Source: Tubiluchus corallicola (lineage: Eukaryota > Animalia > Priapulida). From it: a stretch of 64,000 nucleotides of DNA. Every line of letters starts with the position of its first letter. The stretch's first letter is position 1. Where the stretch lies: positions 248,001 to 312,000 of the forward strand of contig JAQGDQ010000091.1 of NCBI GenBank assembly GCA_030141605.1, given 5' to 3'. Shown one piece after another: positions 24,078 to 38,806 of the stretch. The position numbers were made by a program, and so were the translations under genes. Under the pieces are notes generated by a model. The model did not search any database. It had not been told where the DNA came from and saw only the letters and a list, made by a program, of their open reading frames with translations.

Positions 24078-25563
24078 AAATGGCTTCTTTATGTAACTTC
24101 GATACCGAAGCATGGAGTTTGCTGAACTTAGCATCCATTAATAGATTTTCAAGATCTGTGAATGCAGTGGCAGTGCTAGTTTTGTGCTTTGAGGCTTAGC
24201 TAGATCATTTTGTAGAGATATTAGTTAAAGAATTATAAAATGTAAACTTGTACAACAAAGGATTACAAGTTCCTTTTCTTTCTTTTTTTGACATATTAGT
24301 TTTGATAAATCCATGTAACGATTTGTTTTTATCAATTTGGCTGTTAAGTACTGCTATTAAATACATGTCTTCATGTTTATGCAAACTTGGTGTTATATTT
24401 GTGCATTTTCTTGCTTTTTACATATTACTGGTTTATATGTGCTCGACCCAGATAACCAAAAATAGATTGTTGTTAAACCATTCCTTGTGGGGTCTCTATG
24501 GTTTGCATAATAAACACTGATTCGGGATTACTTGTTGAGAATTTGGAGGGTGCATCTGCTCGCAGCTGTCGCCATAATTCACTACCATTTTCATGCATCA
24601 GATTGATTGTCTCAAATGTTTAGAGTCTCCTATACTGCATGCTTGACTGGTGAGTCAGTGAGTGGTTGTTTTTCTTGGTTTTGTTCATGCGTTTTGGAGA
24701 TAAGATTATTTTGTTTTATGAATAAATACATTGGCATCGTGCACCTCTATATTTTTCAAAATGTGCATATTAGGACTATTGTATGTATAAATTTGAAAAC
24801 TTGATCTAATCAAATGATGATTACCACTCTAACAACAGTTTTGGCACAGTAGTTCTACTAGAAGTTGAGTTAGTTATAATGGTATACTACTTTTGTTACA
24901 TTGGACATTATGTACATTGTAATATGATGTTGATATTAATGTGAATATGGTGATTATGATTATGATAAATCCTTCTTTCATAAATATACATATACATCCT
25001 GATGTAGCCTGTACCTTACCCGCTAAAATAATATATAAAGTATTCAACTATTGCACTATAAGTATGTTGTTCACTCTTGCTTACGTTACTTGACTGCACT
25101 ACAAAAATGGACATCACTACACCTTAAGCCTATGCCACTTCAGACACGATTTAAATAAACACTAATACCAATAATAAAAACAGTTGCACAAGAATGTCCT
25201 TCATTTATGTAGTGTGAATGTTAACTTCATTTTTCCAAGAAGACAAATTGGACATTTTTAGAATGATTTAATTTTGTGCATGTAAACAAACATTTCCATT
25301 ACACACTGGTATGTAGTCCCAAAAAACTCAGACACAGGAAACTATGATATGTGTCTTTATGTTAAGTGTTAATTTGATTTTCACCTTAAAAATTTCACTT
25401 AAAGTATGAGATTTTTTTATACAGTTGTCATAAAGTGGATATATCCGCTTCATATCCAAAGAAAATAATTAGGCAAGAGAAAAGTAAGCAGATCTTTTTT
25501 AGCTATCGCTGATGATTGTCTTATTGGGAGAGTCTATCGTGCAACGAAATAGAAACATGTCAA

Positions 25564-25750
25564 TAAAAAAACTTACCATTTTTAATGTTTCCTGTATTTT
25601 CTGTTGCTGTAAGTTTGTAATTTTCTGGTCAACTGAAAGCCTGTCATGTATTGAAATACAAACATCTTAGTGAAAAAAACAACTTGCCATTTTTAAAATT
25701 CTTATATTTTCTGTTGATGTAAGGCTGTAATTTTCCTGACAACTGAAATT
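25564..25750. repeat. Diverged direct duplication of about 75 bp
   Basis: aacttaccatttttaa...tattttctgttgctgtaagtttgtaattttc...caactgaaa recurs about 110 bp downstream. Confidence 0.8.
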
Positions 25751-28700
25751 CTTACTGATATCAATCAACAGTGGATATTGGAGTCCAATTGCTGTTGACA
25801 AATAATGAACTTCATTAAGGTGCCATGTTAAAAGGCGGTTGAACTAACTTGGAGTATTGTCTCATTATGTAATTTTAGTTATTTGCTTTGACATTCATTG
25901 CTACCATTTATATTCTTTAATGAAAATTAGTTTGTTATTCAAAGGTGAATTTAAGTTCAGGAAACAAGTTTTGTCAAATGTGTAGAGGATGTAATGTGTG
26001 GTAACTAAACATGGAATGAAATTGATTAATTTGGCTGACACTGGTGAGACAAATTTACTGTCACTATAAATATCGACAGGAGGAGAGGGCAGGGGTTGGA
26101 GCTGATTATTATTGTAATGGCATAACTGTTAGATTAGCAGGCAATTGACACCCTTGGAAATCTTTGTTGTCCAAGAACTTGATTTTGTTTTTTTACGATT
26201 TTTGTGGCTAATACATTTTTTAATATACTGTCTCCGTAATTGTAAGTATGGAACAGAGGCCGTTTAGTGCTGGAGTAGCAACTTGCCAAAGTAGTTAGTA
26301 ACTAGGATGGTGGATATTTGTGAATTTTCTGTAATGAGCCTAACTTTGGTAGTATTTTTGTGGCACATATTTAAAGCTAATTAATTAGGGCATGATCAGG
26401 TATTATGTGTGCTTTATAGAGGCATCATAACTATGGAATTAATGTAAAATTGATAGCTGTCATTCTGTGAGCCATTTATTGAATTGCCAATTAATTGGGA
26501 GCATCTGTCATTTTATTCTTGAATTTGTGTACAGTGTACAGTACACATTTTCTCACCAAATTCTCCTTAACTATATTTTAAGTTTTTTATCCTTATTTTA
26601 GAAGCTGTCAAGTTAAATGATCGTAGTTTGCTATTATAAGATGAGAATCTTGAAGCTATTTCATTATTTAAATCATCAAAATAATTTAAATCTCATGATG
26701 ACTTAATTCCACAAAGTGTGGAATTAATTCCACTTGCTTACTCTCAAGTGTTGTGGAATCTGGAGAAAGAAGGATGCAAGCATTTTACTATATATATATT
26801 AATGGATTTATTTCTTGGAAGATGTACTAGCAAATGTTTTTGAATTTTGACTTCTACTGTATTTGGAAAACATGTTGAAGGGAAAAGACAGATAATAACT
26901 CAAGAATTTGTAACTAGAAATTGAACGTTGTAGCTAACTTGATGACGGCTTGAAAATTACTAATTTCCAAAAAAATCAGTTTATTTCTGGGTATTGCAGC
27001 TTTTCTTGTCTTCACTATATGGAATTTACAGATCTATGTAATATAAATTTGTGCTCTGCAGAATGCAGATGTTACTAACTCTATAAGTGGGTTTCTGCTT
27101 ATTTGGTTATCTATCATGCGTTGTTGTGCGATTAACCAACATTTTTTATTATCTAACAGCACGTTTGTGGTGGTAGTAAAGTCATCGCCTGTCTCCCTAG
27201 AGGATACTTGTGGCGTGTATCTTGGTTAACTGTATTTGTTATTTAACGTCGCTGGTGAAGTTAGGTTGAACATGATCTGATGGGTCACTTCCTAAATGGT
27301 TGTTTTCACGAGCACTTGAGCCGTGGGTGAGGCTTCCTGTGTTAACTGACGTCTTAGTTAATTTCGTTATTGTTACGCTGCTCTAGCAGCGCCAAAATTA
27401 CTGATTTTGTATTGTTGTTTTTTTTGTCAGTAACGTCGTCGTTGTCATCGTCGATTGTTGCTGCTGGCGTTATTGTTTTGAAAACCAAAAATGACATAAT
27501 TTCAGCACGGCTACATCCCTAACTTTTAACATTTGGTATTTAAATTTAACTAGCTGTGGTTTGTAACATAATTAAATATAATCTTGATATTAAGATTATA
27601 ATATTTAGCAAAAACAAAATTTTAGTGGCGCAGTATAACAGCTCTAGCTATTTGATTAGTTCATTTAGTAAGCAGTAATAGTCACCTAAATCACAACAAT
27701 TAAATGTTATAGCTCTTTCACTTTCAAGCTAGTACTATTGAAGTCTTTTCGTTTTAAGCTACCAGGCTTTGACAACTTGATGTAAATATGGAGTTAATGT
27801 TATTTCTGTCTTAATTAGGCTTCCTGCACGGCCTACGTTACTATGTGTTGTTATGTAAATGGATCTTTGCCACATGTCCCGATGTTTCCTTTAAACGCTG
27901 AAACTGTTGGTTTGGCTGCCGAATTCTCTTGGGGTTATTTCAAAAGTAGTTTATTGCTTCAATGTTGCTGTTGATGTCTGTGAAGTACTTATTGTTTTGC
28001 TCTGTTTCAGACTGTTGTAGTAAACTGAGACGTTTATAGTGGATGCATCAGCAAATCATTTTATTTTAAATCGACTGACATTTTGTTTTGTATGTAACAT
28101 AAGTTATTTACGTACCTAATTGTCAGACACTACCATTTTTGCATGAGTGTTTGATTTTACTAAGTATTCTGTGCTGTCTTAGGACAGAAACATGCCATGA
28201 TATAATCCATGGAGTTTTGAAAAAGACCGTATTTTAAGTTTTTTTGAGACTTGTGTGTTAATTTTGATATGTTTTAATGAACTAACGTTGATGCATTTTC
28301 ATTCGTTTTTCACTCTGGTGAACCTAGTTTTGGCTGAGGGATGACTCATTTCACTTTACGCTGATAGTATACCCAATCCAGACTTGTTTGTCGTTTTTGT
28401 TTTTTATAATCATCAAGAATCTAAAACAGTGTAAAAACAAAGAATTTTTGTGTCTGATTTTTTGTTTAACTAGATATTCTTCAGCAAGAAGTATCTAATT
28501 TGTGTTAAAAATATTTGTTAAAACAAGCTTTCAGCGCTTGACCAACTATTCATTAGTGAAAACTGCATAATTTCATTTTAAAATCTTTGTCAAAACAAGT
28601 TATCAACGTTGTATGATTTAGCTTAATGAATTTGAATTAATTTCTAACGCTTACCCTCGATAGAGAAACACGTAATGAGCAGCTTATTGAATTAAACCAC

Positions 28701-30468
28701 GAACTTGACTTTTGGTACTTAAAGTCGCTTGAATAAACAATGTCCAACATAACCAAGATGCGTGAACTTGTTTGACGTAGCGCAGCATGCGCTTTGGGCT
28801 CATTTCTCTGCAAGCCCATGGTGTACGTAAACAACAAGACCGAGCGTAAATAACAGTGTTGGGTCATTTTTCCTTCTCTTCAAATATACACAGGAATAGC
28901 TAGATAAACGGTAGCCCAACAGCCGCTTGTGATAAATAGTTACAAAAGCTTCAATAATGCATATAGCGTGGATCGTTATCCGCAAGGCAGATCCAGTGTA
29001 CTTAGGTCCTTCTCTTTGAATTTTCTCTAAAAGTTAAAGCTCTACTTTGAACATTATTAATAACAAACTCTGATTTTGAAAGTTGGCTTTCTTGCAAATG
29101 GCATTTCTATAGAGTCATTGGCTTCCGCAGCATTCGGATCCACCTCGACTCGGATGTATTTGCATAGGGTCAAAAATAGGAACTGCTGTTCGGCTTTCCG
29201 GGGAAGGTTCGTCTTGATGTCGTCGAGGCGTTCCAGTTCGATTGGCTACTGTTACAACTGTTACAAGCTGGATGAATTCCTCGAGGTACCTAAGAGAGAA
29301 GCCTTTAGCAGGGAAGTAGATGTTTGTCTAGTGTGGTAGTAGTCGTTCGCGGCAGTTTATTGGTGCTGGTAATTCCAAGTGCGTCTTCCCTGTGTACAAT
29401 AGTGTGTCGGTTTACTGATGTTACGGTCAGCAATGTTGTTTGTCATCATTTGGAAGTTATTTGTTCCTTAGAGAAGTCGTGTAGGGTTTACATTTGATTC
29501 AAAGTTCGATGATGCGGCTTTTTTAGTTTTTGAGAAACTTGTCATGTTGTAATTCTGGCTTCCGGAATAGATGGAAATGAATAGGGTTTTCAACTGGGTA
29601 TGTATATTTGCGTGTAAAGTAGGAATCATTTATAGTTTAAAACGTCAACTAGGTTAAAAAATTCTGTTAACTTCTATATTTGTATAACTGGGTATTTCTA
29701 AACATTTGGTATTTTTTAAACGTATTTTTTAAATTCTATACTATTGTACAACAATTGTAGCTTTACTCGAAACTTTAACTTCACCAATATTGTAAGAAAA
29801 AAACTGTGTATTGCTTATCATCCTTTTCTACAATGCATGTTTATAATTTAAATCACTTTTGCTGAGACTGATTTGTTATTTCTGCAAGTTTGCTGAGTTA
29901 GCTGCAGATTTTAAAACGACCTTTGCTTAGATTCCTCGGATAGAAGAGTCACATTTTGCTATTTTCTGTGGAAAACATCTTTTGTTTGGATGCTTTTCGC
30001 AATGTTTTTCGAAAGAATGCGTGAAATGTCGGTGGAAAAAATCCAAACATCGTAAGTTTGATAATAGAGAGGGGTTTTGGCATGTTTGGCCGGTTGATGT
30101 CCGCACATTGCTATTTGTTAGGCTATAAAGTTGGGAATACAGCTTGCTGAACATTTTTATACAACAGGGAGATTAATAAACTAAAACTTTCTGTCAAACA
30201 CTAAAATTTATTCTCCGTGTTTAGCATACCGATTTTGTGCTAGGCGTTTTAATACTTTATCGCATATGCGTTCTATTATTTTGTCTGATTGCGATTTTTA
30301 TGATGTAACATGAAAAGAAAATGTAGGCAGTTTGATCTTATTTAAATCGATTAAGATGATGCAGATAGACATATTCACAGCACAAGAATTAGATTTATTA
30401 TTACGCCGGTGTTTTATGCTTAAAAGCGGACGTCTGAAATATAAATTGCTGTTGGCTTTTTTCTTGTA

Positions 30469-30984
30469 GTTCCACATTGCATGTGAGGCCGCAACCCGCA
30501 CTTAGTGTTGAAACAGTACGCCTTTTAAAATTTCTTTTGCATTGATAATATATGAATTAAATAGTGTCACGTCACTTTTGTCTGCGTACGTGGATCTGCA
30601 AGTATCCAGGCGAATTTGTTGTTGAAAGGTTTTTTAATTTGCTGAAATGACTCAGCGAAATAGGCAGCAAGAATTAGGAATTTGAAATTTTTAAAAAAAA
30701 AATATGTTACCGTTTCTAAGGAATTTTCACACTGTGTGCGGAACAGAAATACGTGTGAAGCTTCCATAGAAACGGTAGCAACTGTCGTGATTTACAACAT
30801 CAAATTCATTAGAGAAATCCGAAAGAAATATTTAACGTCTATAAGCTTTTCGCATGAAAAGGTGGTACGTAACAGTATCTAGGCTTGTATAGTTTGTACA
30901 AGCTAATATAAAGGCAGAAGAAATTTCGAAAACGTGTATTCTCAACACTAAGTGCAGTTTGTATCCTCGTGTACAGTGCGGAAC
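30469..30984. repeat. Long degenerate inverted repeat (foldback/MITE-like)
   Basis: Perfect 14-bp inverted core gcacttagtgttga (30498-30511) / tcaacactaagtgc (30942-30955) within arms of about 80 bp. Further complementary patches continue inward. Confidence 0.8.
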
Positions 30985-31732
30985 AGATTGTATTTTTGGA
31001 AAGCTATAGTGTAATTGCTTTCAAAAGATACTCGTTTCTAGAAGCCTTCATTGCATGTATAATGCCATTCAGTTTCTGACTTCATAAGTTTTTTCACAAT
31101 TTGTGAGTAATCATTTTTTTCGTGAATTGCATACAGGGTTTTTTGCCGAGAATTTGTTTTATTGTAAATTACTTGTAAATTACCATACTTTTTGTAAATA
31201 TACGCTTCAGTTCACAGTACTCACAGTATATTCTTGATTTTGTTTGGCGTGTTTCCTTTTGACTGGTAGGAAAACACGGTCGATTAATGTATCATTGCTA
31301 ATCATATCTTCATTTTGCGTAAGAAAATTGGAAATCTACACTGAGGAAATAGGGCATATAGTCTCATTGCCGTTTAAATGTAGGACAGTGCGCCGGGCTT
31401 CCCTAATGTGTCCAGACTTAGCTAAGAGTGGCGCCATGTATGGTGAATTATGGATTTGTTTGCCGTATATATACAGGAAGATATGGGAGTAAATGTCAAG
31501 TTAAATCATTGCTATAAGAGACGATACTAAGTCGTTTAACTCTGTTTATGGGAGTACCATTACAATCTTTAGTATTTGATGGGCAGAGGAGGATATCTTT
31601 GATTAGCGCTCTTATCTTAGATCACTCCCATTTTTTTTAATTCAAACAAGCGGTAGCTTATGGGTTACGGGATCTGTTAAAGGTTATTTTCTTGCTAAAA
31701 AACTGCGTAGCTCAAGAGCTATCGAAAATATC

Positions 31733-31754
31733 AGGTCATTTGGGTCATGAGTCA
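31733..31754 (+). promoter_or_regulatory. Nuclear-receptor DR3 element with adjacent AP-1 site
   Basis: AGGTCA-ttt-GGGTCA followed directly by TGAGTCA. Confidence 0.4.
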
Positions 31755-34162
31755 TATGTTATTCTCGACATTTCTGCTCAAATAAAAATTAAACTTCTAT
31801 GAGGAAAAGCAGTTAATTTTGCGAATTCATTAACTAACACAATGAATAACAACAAACTAACATGCACAGTCGGTCAGTTGGTTTTATGAATGGGCAAGAG
31901 TTGATAAAATATGTAAAAGTTGATAAAAGTTATGCAGGCCGGATCATGTGTTTCATATTTACAAGTGAACTGAAATTTCTTGGAGTTGGTCACTTAAGTG
32001 GTTATTTTGATTGATGTTTGAGTGACTTACTGTAACTGTATTGTTTTAAGAAGTGGGTGACTAGTGAACATTCGAATAAATAACATTTGAGTGAACGGGT
32101 AAATAAGTGAGTGATCGTAGTGGTGTGAGTTGACTAATTTGTAATTTTTACTTTTGGTTAGTTGGTAGCTTAGTTCATTTCTTTTAACTACGCTCTTCTT
32201 GTGCACTACAATTTTTGTGTTAGGCCAATGTACCATAGTCATAAAGCACCCATAACATAGTTGGGCACGCATGCGCACTTTGTGTTCGCGCAGCTCAGCT
32301 GATCGCTATTAGCGCTTGCTATGCATCGTAAGAATCCAGGAAATTCGAGGCATGTGCACTGTATGAGGGATGCGAAGCTTTGGATGATGATAAGAGTATT
32401 GTCTTTGTTTACACTGCAACGTTTCGGAGAGTACTGACGAATGTAAGTGTAACAAAAGCTGCGCGTCTGTTTGTCTGTCCTTCGGACGATGATAATATAA
32501 TTAGATCGTGACTTATTGATTCCATGTTTACATTTTTACCGTGCTAAAGCTGAATTGTGATTAGCTACGTTCCCGAAGAAGCCAGACTTATAAGTATAAA
32601 TTTTAATATTTTTTCATTAATGCACGAGTTTTACTGTATAATTTTATGAATGTAACTTTTATAATTGTCTCAGTGCGTTAGCTTGTAAATTTGTTTCTTT
32701 TTTTTCGTCTTTGGAGGAAGCCAAGCCAGGGACAAAAAGTGTGCAAGGTATATGTTTATTATTGTTGATCGTCTACTCCGATCAATCACTTACTTCAATT
32801 AAAATAAAATACTACTAAGCTAAGTACACTGGCAATTACTGCTACTATACAGAATAGTCTGGTATATTTTTTGTTCATACACACAAGCAACCAATAACCA
32901 CTGTAGAACAGTCAACTTTAAACTCTTAAAGTTTTATTGTGAGGATAATATAACAATGCATTTAATAAAACAAGCTAAACTTGCGTATGTGTCCTTGGTT
33001 AATACGACCTGACCTTCTGTTTGTCACTGATGCATACAACTTCAGCTTTCTTTACCATGTTCTTTTTCTTTTATTGTTTAATATGATTCTTCACATATGC
33101 ACCTGTCTCAGTTTATTTAAGTTACACATTTGCTTTATTGCCTATAGTTTGTGGCATACTTCGTTTTATGTTATTGTAAGAATTGTAAGCCAGATTTCGT
33201 TTCATGTTTTGTAAACTCTGTGAAAAATGCACCCGGTTAAATTTTCATTTGAACTTTTAATATAACTTTGTCGCCATTGTTGTTTGACCTTGCTGTTGAC
33301 GTAATTGGAGAAGCCCTCATTCCCTTTGCGCAGGAAATATGCAGCGATTTCAGTGCAAATGTTTTTCAGTTTGATTGCTTTTTTGTAGACTACTGTTGGT
33401 TAGTTTCTATTCTTGTGCTGATTAATACCTAAAGCTGCGTGCATTTTAGTTCTAAATGAATGTAGAAGCCTTAGCCGTATTCAGTTCTCACTTGCACCCT
33501 CTTGAAAGAGCTAAGGTTTGAACATCACCGTGAGTCCAAAAAAACTGGAAGCATTTGATTCCAAATCAAACCAAAGTCTTGTTCAAGTTGCAATAAAATA
33601 GTGCTATTTTCTGCAAAGGTGGCAATTTGGCAAATTACCACTGATTAGCTTGAAAGCTTGAGTGCTCTTCTGAAATTTGTTGTGGTCATAACAGAAGGAA
33701 AAAATGAAGAGTTTTTTAGGTATAAAGGGCATTTTGACCTTTTTTTAAACAGTGATTAATTCATAATATATCATGCGTTTGTTGTTGAGAGAGAAAACTG
33801 GATTGAAGCTCTTGTGATGTGTTCAGCCCTATTTTTTTGCAGTCGCCGTTGTTATTGGAGTTCATCACGCGTCCTAAATGCATTTTGCAGATCTATTTAC
33901 TGAAAAAGTAACGAATTTTATTTTTACAGTCATTAAAGTTTTCAAAACGAACAAAAGCTATTGCAGCTTTGGTTAATGAGTTGTTGAATATGTTGAATTT
34001 AACAGATTATTGATGAAATATTTCAGTGTTTAGATTTATCGTAAATTTAACAGGCTTCTATGATAGAAACTCGAAGTTTCTCTAAAAAGTTGAATTTTCG
34101 TTTCTTGATGGCTAACTAAGCGCTTGATTGTCTCTGCAAGAGTTGAATTGGCCGTCTTATGT

Positions 34163-34306
34163 ATGCTAGAATCTTGTCTACAAACCAACCTGCCTTCAGG
34201 GAGCAGTTGTTGCAGTGAAAACAGTCAGCAAGAGCCTGATCAATGCATTCAGAGTAGCATGGAAAGGGCAGCAAACATTCGTCATTTGCCTGTGATTAGA
34301 TTTGAG
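34163..34306 (+). CDS. Gene 3, candidate first coding exon (distal isoform)
   Basis: ATG-initiated frame MLESCLQTNLPSGSSCCSENSQQEPDQ...PVIRFE ending at GAG|gtaaat in phase 0, compatible with the exon at 47944. Confidence 0.4.
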
Positions 34307-37300
34307 GTAAATTTGGATTATTTTATTGTGTCCAGTTGGAGATTGGCTTGTACGTGTGGCTAAATTTGCCATATAGTGAAACCTGCTTTGTCGAAGCCAG
34401 CTTGACGTGCACGCACATTGCTTAGCCTTAATGTATCTCAACTTGGGAAATTTTTGTTGATACTTTTCGTGTATTGTCATATTAACTTATTGTGGCCTTT
34501 AAAGTAAATTATGAGTGAGGAAAGAAACTAAATTGGCAATAAAAATTATTCCAGTATAGTATAGCAAAGCTGAAATGGAAAGCATTTGCATTCGATGGAC
34601 ATTTAGATATTGTTTTTTAAATGTATAAATTTGAGTACTAAGTGCAAACGCGAAAGAAATATTTTTTGTACTGTAATGGAAATGTATTGGTTCCTGTTAC
34701 TTTTTGGTGAGAAACTATAATACTTCATAATGTCTTATTATTGTATTGTGTAATGTATTATTAGTGCATTATCGTAAACGTTATTTCATATGTATGTCGA
34801 CCTATCTGTTTTTATGAAACGTTGGAATGCACTTCGTTGGCTTGTTTCATTCGCGTATCATTGATAAAGGAAGTAAGGCCATTTTCAAGGATGAATTTAC
34901 TGTACATTTTGAAACGTGCATGAAGGGGAAAGAAAGGGGAATTTTAAAGTATGTGGCCAATATTTTCTATACGGAGTCATATTGTTTTGCATTACGCTTA
35001 TACCCGTTTGAAAGACATTTGTAACTGAAAAGAATTCTTAATAATTTAACATGTTCGCGCCTGCAGATAAAATGACACTGTTTTACTATCCTAGTTTTCA
35101 TCTATAGTATGTATAGACGTCACTGGTTTTCACAAAACTCATATTATTAATGTTATAGACAAGATAAAGTAATTTATACTTTGGCTTAGTTAGTGAAATG
35201 TGCTCACTGCTTGTTTTCCGTGCTCCACTTATTACTATTTTCTTAACTTTACGCAGTGTTATCTAAGCTTGTTTCAAACGATTTACCTTTGAAATGGCTA
35301 CCCTTAATGGTAATTTTATTTAGTTGCTGCTAATACTGTACAAGCTCTGTGGCAATAACGGAGCGTGTAGATGAAGACAAAATTTCAAGACGATTTTTTA
35401 ACTTTATGTAAGAATAGCGTTTTCTTATGCTTTAAAGTTGGGGTTACCTGCGAAATGAGCTAAGTTTCACGTCTCGCTTTATCTATTTGCCTTGATAAGT
35501 ATGGGCTCCTTTGTGCAACTTAGACTCTTAGTCATTCCGTATTTACAAATGAAGGGCTTAGAAAAGCTTAGGCAATATCTGTAATCAGCTGCACTATCTC
35601 TGTGTCTAAGTGACTTATTATTGGATAACAAACAAAATGACGAACTCAAAATCCCATGGTTTTATTACTATCCAAGGGCGTCATACCCTTAAGAATGGTC
35701 TGCCATGCGACCTTTTTGAGTGACAGAATTATAGAAATGACAGATAGGACTAATTCTTTCTGAGATTAATAAAGCGAATGTGACACCATATTCAGTCTAA
35801 ACGGACTCTGCCGTCCAGCCGATCCTGAGATTCTATTCCATCAATGTCAGTGACTGTGTTCCTGGGTCTGAGTAGATTAAAAACATTAATTGTGTATATT
35901 GCTTCTATTATATCATAAAGCTATTTCTGATTTTATCTTTTTTGCACTTTATGCACAGACCTTTAAATGACGGATTCACTATTACTTTAGGCGTTCTCAA
36001 AAATGGATTTGGCTAAGTGAAATTCAGCGATCTTTCTTTTGAAGTGTGAAGTTCATCTTGGACCACAATTTCTATTTTGAAATTAGATGAGCGTTGTATA
36101 GTTTAAATGGCTGTTGCAATGCACGTGTATAAGGATTTACAGATGACCTACTTGCACAGTGAATGACCTTTTTTATCGTCTTACAAAGTTTCATTCTTTT
36201 TCATGTGACATACCGACAACTAAAGATAAATCGAAAATGAAACTAAAAATTTTGACTTGGCTTAAATTTACGTCGGAAACGGTGCTTTATCAATTCATCA
36301 GTAATATTATATGTCAGCAGTCACTTCAGTTCAATCCACTGCTTTCAACGAGAAAGCGGCTGAAAATAAACTGCGAAATGTAAGAATTCAAATTCCGATC
36401 GATTGAGCGGCCGTCGTCGCGGCGGGTTGGTTAAACTACACTTTGCGCTAATGCAGATTACATACTAGTAATAGCGCTGTATACATAGTTTCCTAGATGT
36501 TTTGAAATGCATTCCACCACACCATCGTTCTGTTTTCAGGCGGTTGGTTTCATCTGTGACGTGTATGATAGTTTTCCCATGGTTTTCGCCATCACACTCG
36601 CGCTTGTCATTTGAGAAAAGTGCGTCCGCTAAAATGTTTTACTAAATGCTCGAGATTTTTGACATGGCAATCTGCTGGTTTTGCTGCCTCGATAAAATTG
36701 AAAATGCCACACGTATGCGCCGTGAAAGAGATGTTTGCGGTAATACTCAATACTTCACAGTAACAAGGTTTTTACCAAATGAAATAAAAAGCATGTTGAG
36801 CAAAGATTTCTTAATGTGTGATAATAAAATTATTTATACTTGGCATTAGGAAATTATTGACTATATGTTGGTAGTGTTTTTCTTTTTTAAATTTTAATGC
36901 TTTGAATTCATTTTGTTAAAAGATGTCTTTATCTTGCTGACTTAATTTGTAAATGACATCTAAAAATTGGGAATAAAGGCCTAAGCATCAACTTATGCCA
37001 AGGCATAGCTGGCGTAGTAGTTAGCTAATGGGTAGAATAATGAATATTATGATATTCGCAGCGTTAGAAGCTTTCTTTATTAGTTTTTTTTACTTTTAAG
37101 TTATACATTATCCCTCGAAAAAAGCATTTAGCTGTTTTCGGTTTCCGTTATTTGTTCTGTGTCTTCTGACATGCTTTATGTAAATAGTCAAGATAATATT
37201 TATCATTGTTTAGTGATGCTAAAGTGATGAGGCACCTACATTATACGTTCGTGGTCATTCATCCAGTTTTTTCTTTTCCATTCTTTCATCGCAGCGATTT

Positions 37301-38689
37301 TCATTTTTGTGCAACTAGAGTGTCTTTCCTTTTTTAGTTCAAGAATACTTATGATGCAGTAGAAAAAAGATTAGTGTACTAATAACTATATTGTTCTTGC
37401 TGACTGTGATTTTTCTCAACTGAAAAATGCATTTGACCTTGTGTCTTCGCCTGCTTTTTCTTTACAAAGCGTCTGTCTGGTTTAGATAAGTGTACCAAGG
37501 GAGTGGTGTAATCGCTTATGGCTTTCGGGAGAAAGCACGAGTGTCTCCTAAGTATTTATTTTTTCTAAAACCACCTCCGTCTTTTAAAATCTTCCACGTG
37601 TTCTCCGCAAGATGATACCCTGTTGACAGAATCGGTTTTCCATTTATTGGCCAGCAGGGGAAAACCATTACATTCACCATCATGCATAGTGATTTATTTA
37701 GCTGGCGATCTGATAAACTTTGCATAAACAATGACCACCAGAGACTATTTAGATGAGCATATATACGTGTCATATATTTTTTCAATTCCTGAGAGAATCG
37801 CTAATGCGTAGCCAAAGCAATAAATATGTTATACTGCAGTTTTTATAACTCCTTTTGTAGCTCGACAATTGTCAGCATTAGGCACCAGAGATGGTTTTGC
37901 AGATTTACATATTCACAATAAATACGTTGTACCAGTTGCATTTTATAATTCTTTGTGGTTCGATAGTTGTCAGTATTGGGCACCAGAGATTATTTAGAAA
38001 GTTGTATATTCAGTTATTTTCATGCAATTTGCGAATGCTTTCAGTGCAGAAGAACTTCTCATAGACTTCTCATTAGAAGCCAATTTGTTTTAACTTCCGT
38101 CATTCGCATGTGGGATTGCCTGGACAAATTTTGCTATGACCACTCTGACATTTGGCGATTTTGAGGTCAACGATCTTCTGTCAGTGATGTCCATTATGTA
38201 ATCGGGTAGAGCAGTGGCCTTCGTGAAGCCCTGCATACATACGTGCGTTTTTGGGGTTAACCGTGGCATCTTCATACAGTTTGAATGGGCACAGTTGAGC
38301 ACTAAAATTTTGGTAGCCCTTGTAGGAGAGAGTCACAAATGCCAGATTTGAAATTCCTGTTTAAAGAATGAAGACGGTAAAAGAAAAATGTAAATGTGAG
38401 TTTCTTCTAATGACCGATATGAATGAAGACGATGTAGTGTGATATACAAAATTATATACTCCGGTAGCTTTTTTTAAGGCTCTTCTTACCTCAAATGATT
38501 GTTTCACATTTATCAACTGTTAATTGTTAAAGTAACTGTAATTGTTAAAAATAAAGTAGCATACTTTAGAATTGATATACCCGTCTGCAAATGAGCGTAA
38601 TCATTTTATTTGAGGCAAGTGTGCCGCGCCTTGAAAGATCATGGTTAAATAATTCGAACAGGATTTACTGCAGTACTTAATATAACTTT

Positions 38690-38806
<117 letters not shown>

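Noticed and set aside
28637-29520. GC-richer block with short ORFs (possible gene or LINE fragment)
   Set aside because: The frames I translated contain stops and no recognisable motif; cannot be classified.
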